NCBI GenBank assembly: GCA_963706285.1
Contig: CAVPLU010000004.1
Span: forward strand, 96,001 to 160,000
DNA from: Candidatus Bathyarchaeota archaeon
GTDB lineage: Archaea > Thermoproteota > Bathyarchaeia > 40CM-2-53-6
Length of the DNA: 64,000 bases
Direction of reading: 5' to 3'
Each line of letters starts with the position of its first letter. Positions within the stretch are counted from its first letter, which is position 1. Positions 61,253 through 64,000 of the stretch are shown piece after piece. The notes beneath the pieces were generated by a model. The model made no database searches, was not told the DNA's origin, and saw only the letters and a list, made by a program, of their open reading frames with translations. A program made the translations under genes and the position numbers.

Positions 61253-61905
61253 TTGTCAAAGCGTTCTCGGTTTGCGCGACTTTGGGATTGGTTTGTAAGC
61301 AGAACCAGAATTGAACCGTTCATCACAAGCCACGTTCCCACGACATGCACTCAGCCCCATATACTGCCTCGGCGGAACAACCTTCCTCCTCTTCGTCGTA
61401 CTCGCGGTTACGGGCGTACTTCTCTCGATGTACTATGTCCCGTCACCCAGTGATGCATTCGACAGCATGATGACAATTACAAAGACAGTGCCCTATGGCT
61501 GGCTAGTCAGGAGCGTTCACTTCTACAGCGCGAACGGAATGCTGATTCTTGCAGTTCTACACATGCTGAGAGTCTACTACACGGGCTCGTACAAGGCTCC
61601 GCGTGAGCTGAACTGGGTTGCAGGCGTCAGCTTGGGTCTGCTGACGCTTGTTCGCTGGATACACGGGATACACGCTCCGGTGGGATCAGGTAGCAGTTGG
61701 TGCCTCAGGGATCGGCAAGGGAATAGCAACATCGATTCCCTATCTCGGGCCGCTATTCGGAAAGATGCTCTGGGGTAGAGGGCCGAGCGATACGCTATCA
61801 CGCTACGCAGGCAGCCATATGCTCCTCATACCTGGCGTAATGATCATCGTCATGGCGATCCACTTCTGGATGGTGAAGAGGCATGGAATCTCAGGCCCAC
61901 TCTGA
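61253..61905 (+). CDS. Cytochrome b6-like subunit (two frameshifts)
   Basis: YCLGG, GWLVRSVH..AN..LH, PRELNW, TGYTLRWDQ, SH...IH, HGISGPL end. Confidence 0.88.
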
Positions 61906-62420
61906 ATCTGCGGACTCATCGACGGAAGACGAGATTCCGTTCTTCCCGAATCATCTGCTGAGCGAGATTGCTCTTGCTTTCGCGATACTCGGCTTGATCG
62001 TGATGTTCGCATCGCTTTTTCCAGCGGGGATGGGAGAGAAGTACGATCCGCTGAACCCTCCTGAGGTCCTGGAGCCTGAGTGGTACTTTATGGGCGTCTA
62101 CCAATTTCTAAAAACGCAGGGAGTTCAGCCAATTCACGCGGTTGCTCTACTGTCTGTGCTCGGAATACTTCTTGTTCTAGTGCCCGCTATCGACAGAGGA
62201 ACTCGGCGTGCCCCCAAAGATAGACCGTTTATGATGGCAGCCGCATTAGTTGTTGCCCTAGCAGTTCCTAGTTCTTACGAGCTACGGATATGCCACCCCA
62301 GGAGAGGTCGCATCGTTCTCGAATCCAACATTTCTGGCGATGCTTCTTGTCGTGAATGGAATATCAGTAGCGGCCTTACTACTCGGCGCCTACAAGCAGA
62401 GAAGGATCTCCAGGAGGTGA
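61883..62420 (+). CDS. Cytochrome b subunit IV-like (frameshift ~62260)
   Basis: PFFPNHL, PEWYF, VPAIDR..RP; corrected C-terminus ends ..RRISRR* at 62420. Confidence 0.85.
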
Positions 62421-62428
62421 AGGCTGCC

Positions 62429-62680
62429 TTGCCGAAACATATAGGTGTGTTGTCGATGTTCGCTTTCATAGTCGTATTTGTGATCGCGACTTACGCGATC
62501 TCGCAGCTCACATTGCTAGCCCCTCGCATGCTACAGGCAGCCGCATCGGGACCGGATCTGTTGATAGGTGTCGGATACGCTGCAGTGACTGTGGTTTCGA
62601 TTCTAATTCTTGGTCGCATGATCTACTCGAGCGAGCGCACCGCTGGCAGAGTCAAGCGGAGGATACGATTCTTTGAGTGA
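62429..62680 (+). CDS. Small 2-TM membrane protein
   Basis: TTG after a GGAGGTGA RBS; MPKHIGVLSMFAFIVV... Confidence 0.65.
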   Translation: MPKHIGVLSMFAFIVVFVIATYAISQLTLLAPRMLQAAASGPDLLIGVGYAAVTVVSILILGRMIYSSERTAGRVKRRIRFFE

Positions 62681-62885
62681 GACAACCGGAAGCCGCCCCG
62701 CTTCATTATCGAGGCTGTGGGTTGCTCTGCTGGTAGTGTTCACCCTCATCGAGTTGGCGTTCCTATTCGAAGCCTACATGGCGGGTCTCGCTGGTCTGGA
62801 ACGAGTCTTCGGGATCTTTACCGGCCTTGTATTGGTCACTTTCGGAATCATATTATACGCCGGGAGGTTGATCTTCTATGACTAA
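62673..62885 (+). CDS. Small 2-TM membrane protein
   Basis: Two hydrophobic helices; overlaps both neighbours. Confidence 0.65.
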   Translation: MSETTGSRPASLSRLWVALLVVFTLIELAFLFEAYMAGLAGLERVFGIFTGLVLVTFGIILYAGRLIFYD

Positions 62886-63303
62886 ACGGATCGCACGACT
62901 CTTCGGAAGAGGTGGCGACCTGAATCCCCGGAACATGCGCCTTGGAATCTGGGCGTGGTTGATTCAGCGCGTGTCCGGAATCGTCTTAGTTGTGTTCGTT
63001 GTTGCGCACGTGGTTGCGATTTCTCAGGCAAGTTTCGCGCTTAAGGGCACATTAGTCACGATGCTGGACGGTTTGAGGAACCCGTTCTACTATGTTGACA
63101 GCACTTCTCTTGCTATCGATCTGATCATGCTAGGCATCATTGCGTTCCACGGTATGAATGGAATCCGTATCGTACTATTCGACACAGGTATTGGCGTCGG
63201 CCTCCGTTCGCACAAAGTCATCTTCTGGATCCTAATTGCCATAGCTGTCATCGCAAGTGGTCTCGTGATCTACTACGGTCTTCCGTCGCTCGGAGGAGCC
63301 TAA
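62878..63303 (+). CDS. sdhC: Succinate dehydrogenase cytochrome b anchor
   Basis: WAWLIQRVSG, VAH, FHGMNGIRIVLFD. Confidence 0.88.
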   Translation: MTKRIARLFGRGGDLNPRNMRLGIWAWLIQRVSGIVLVVFVVAHVVAISQASFALKGTLVTMLDGLRNPFYYVDSTSLAIDLIMLGIIAFHGMNGIRIVLFDTGIGVGLRSHKVIFWILIAIAVIASGLVIYYGLPSLGGA

Positions 63304-63305
63304 CC

Positions 63306-63629
63306 GTGAGTGCAAATCCGTCAGCCCCCACGAACGTTTGGCTTTGGCTGTTCCAGAGAGTCACTGCCGTGCTACTGGTCGTCATCCTTGGAGTACATCT
63401 TTGGCTCGCCAATTTCGGACAAGCGTCAGCATCCATTCGTGCGATCCTCGGTGTCACACTTCTCGGACTCGCCCTCTTTCACGGTCTCAACGGCGTGCGG
63501 ACAATAATCTTCGACTTCAGCATAGGCGTTCAAGGCCGCAAGTTTGCAACGATGCTGCTTCTACTTCTTGGCACAGTATCGCTTCTGTTTGGAATGCATG
63601 GCCTCTGGCCGCTGATAATCGGAGGATAA
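63306..63629 (+). CDS. sdhD: Succinate dehydrogenase hydrophobic anchor
   Basis: WLFQRVTA, GVH, FHGLNGVR. Confidence 0.85.
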   Translation: MSANPSAPTNVWLWLFQRVTAVLLVVILGVHLWLANFGQASASIRAILGVTLLGLALFHGLNGVRTIIFDFSIGVQGRKFATMLLLLLGTVSLLFGMHGLWPLIIGG

Positions 63630-63645
63630 TTGAGGCGCTTGAACT

Positions 63646-64000
63646 ATGCCGGAGCATGACGTGATCATAGTTGGCGGCGGACTCGCCGGTCTCCGAGCCG
63701 CCATCGAAGCCTCCGCTCTCGTTGACACCGCTATCATAAGCCGAGTGCACCCGCTACGATCACACACAAAGGCGGCCCAAGGCGGCATCAACGCAGCCCT
63801 CGGGAACGCAGAAGGAGGAAGAGACGACACTCCCGACAAACATGCGTTCGATACGATCAAAGGAAGCGACTTCCTCGCTGACCAAGACGCAGCCGAACTG
63901 ATGACCCGGATGGCTCCCGAATGCATATTCGAATTTGAGCACTGGGGATGCCCCTTCAGCAGAACCGACGAAGGAAAAATCGCTCAACGTCCATTCGGCG
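63646..64000 (+). CDS. sdhA: Succinate dehydrogenase/fumarate reductase flavoprotein, 3'-partial
   Basis: HDVIIVGGGLAGLRAA, RSHTKAAQGGINAAL, DTIKGSDFLADQD, QRPFG. Confidence 0.93.
   Translation, partial: MPEHDVIIVGGGLAGLRAAIEASALVDTAIISRVHPLRSHTKAAQGGINAALGNAEGGRDDTPDKHAFDTIKGSDFLADQDAAELMTRMAPECIFEFEHWGCPFSRTDEGKIAQRPFG

Noticed and set aside
908-62420. About 20 frameshifts (rtcB, lysK, dapF, asnA, mvhA/G, cytochrome b and others) as programmed frameshifting, pseudogenes or mRNA introns
   Set aside because: They are scattered single-base indels, including in normally essential genes, with no shared slippery site or BHB. This best fits long-read consensus error; read pileups would confirm.

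Overview
A gene-dense archaeal chromosome segment from the TACK lineage, probably Bathyarchaeia (inferred from gene content: L40e, RtcB, DUF2096, BHB-intron tRNAs, Mvh/Hdr). About 20 single-base frameshifts fall in conserved genes and look like long-read consensus errors. Content: (i) an operon of Rieske, cytochrome b, HdrF/EMO-like oxidoreductase and EtfBA, plus a MenA-like prenyltransferase; (ii) housekeeping genes (rtcB, sucCD, aspS, mrp, rpl40e, udg); (iii) tRNA-Val with a small island scar; (iv) a LysW-carrier operon and a DAP lysine operon on either side of a LysM-like regulator, with near-identical promoter architecture; (v) two divergent group 3c [NiFe]-hydrogenase/HdrA clusters, one anchored by a QmoC-like membrane subunit; (vi) a second Rieske/cytochrome b operon continuing into succinate dehydrogenase. 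The most striking hidden element is a tRNA-Phe(GAA) gene split by four non-canonical BHB introns (8/9, 30/31, 46/47, 59/60), whose 5' leader is complementary to the D-arm. It lies divergent from a two-intron tRNA-Ala(GGC). All calls come from manual reading; no database searches were run.
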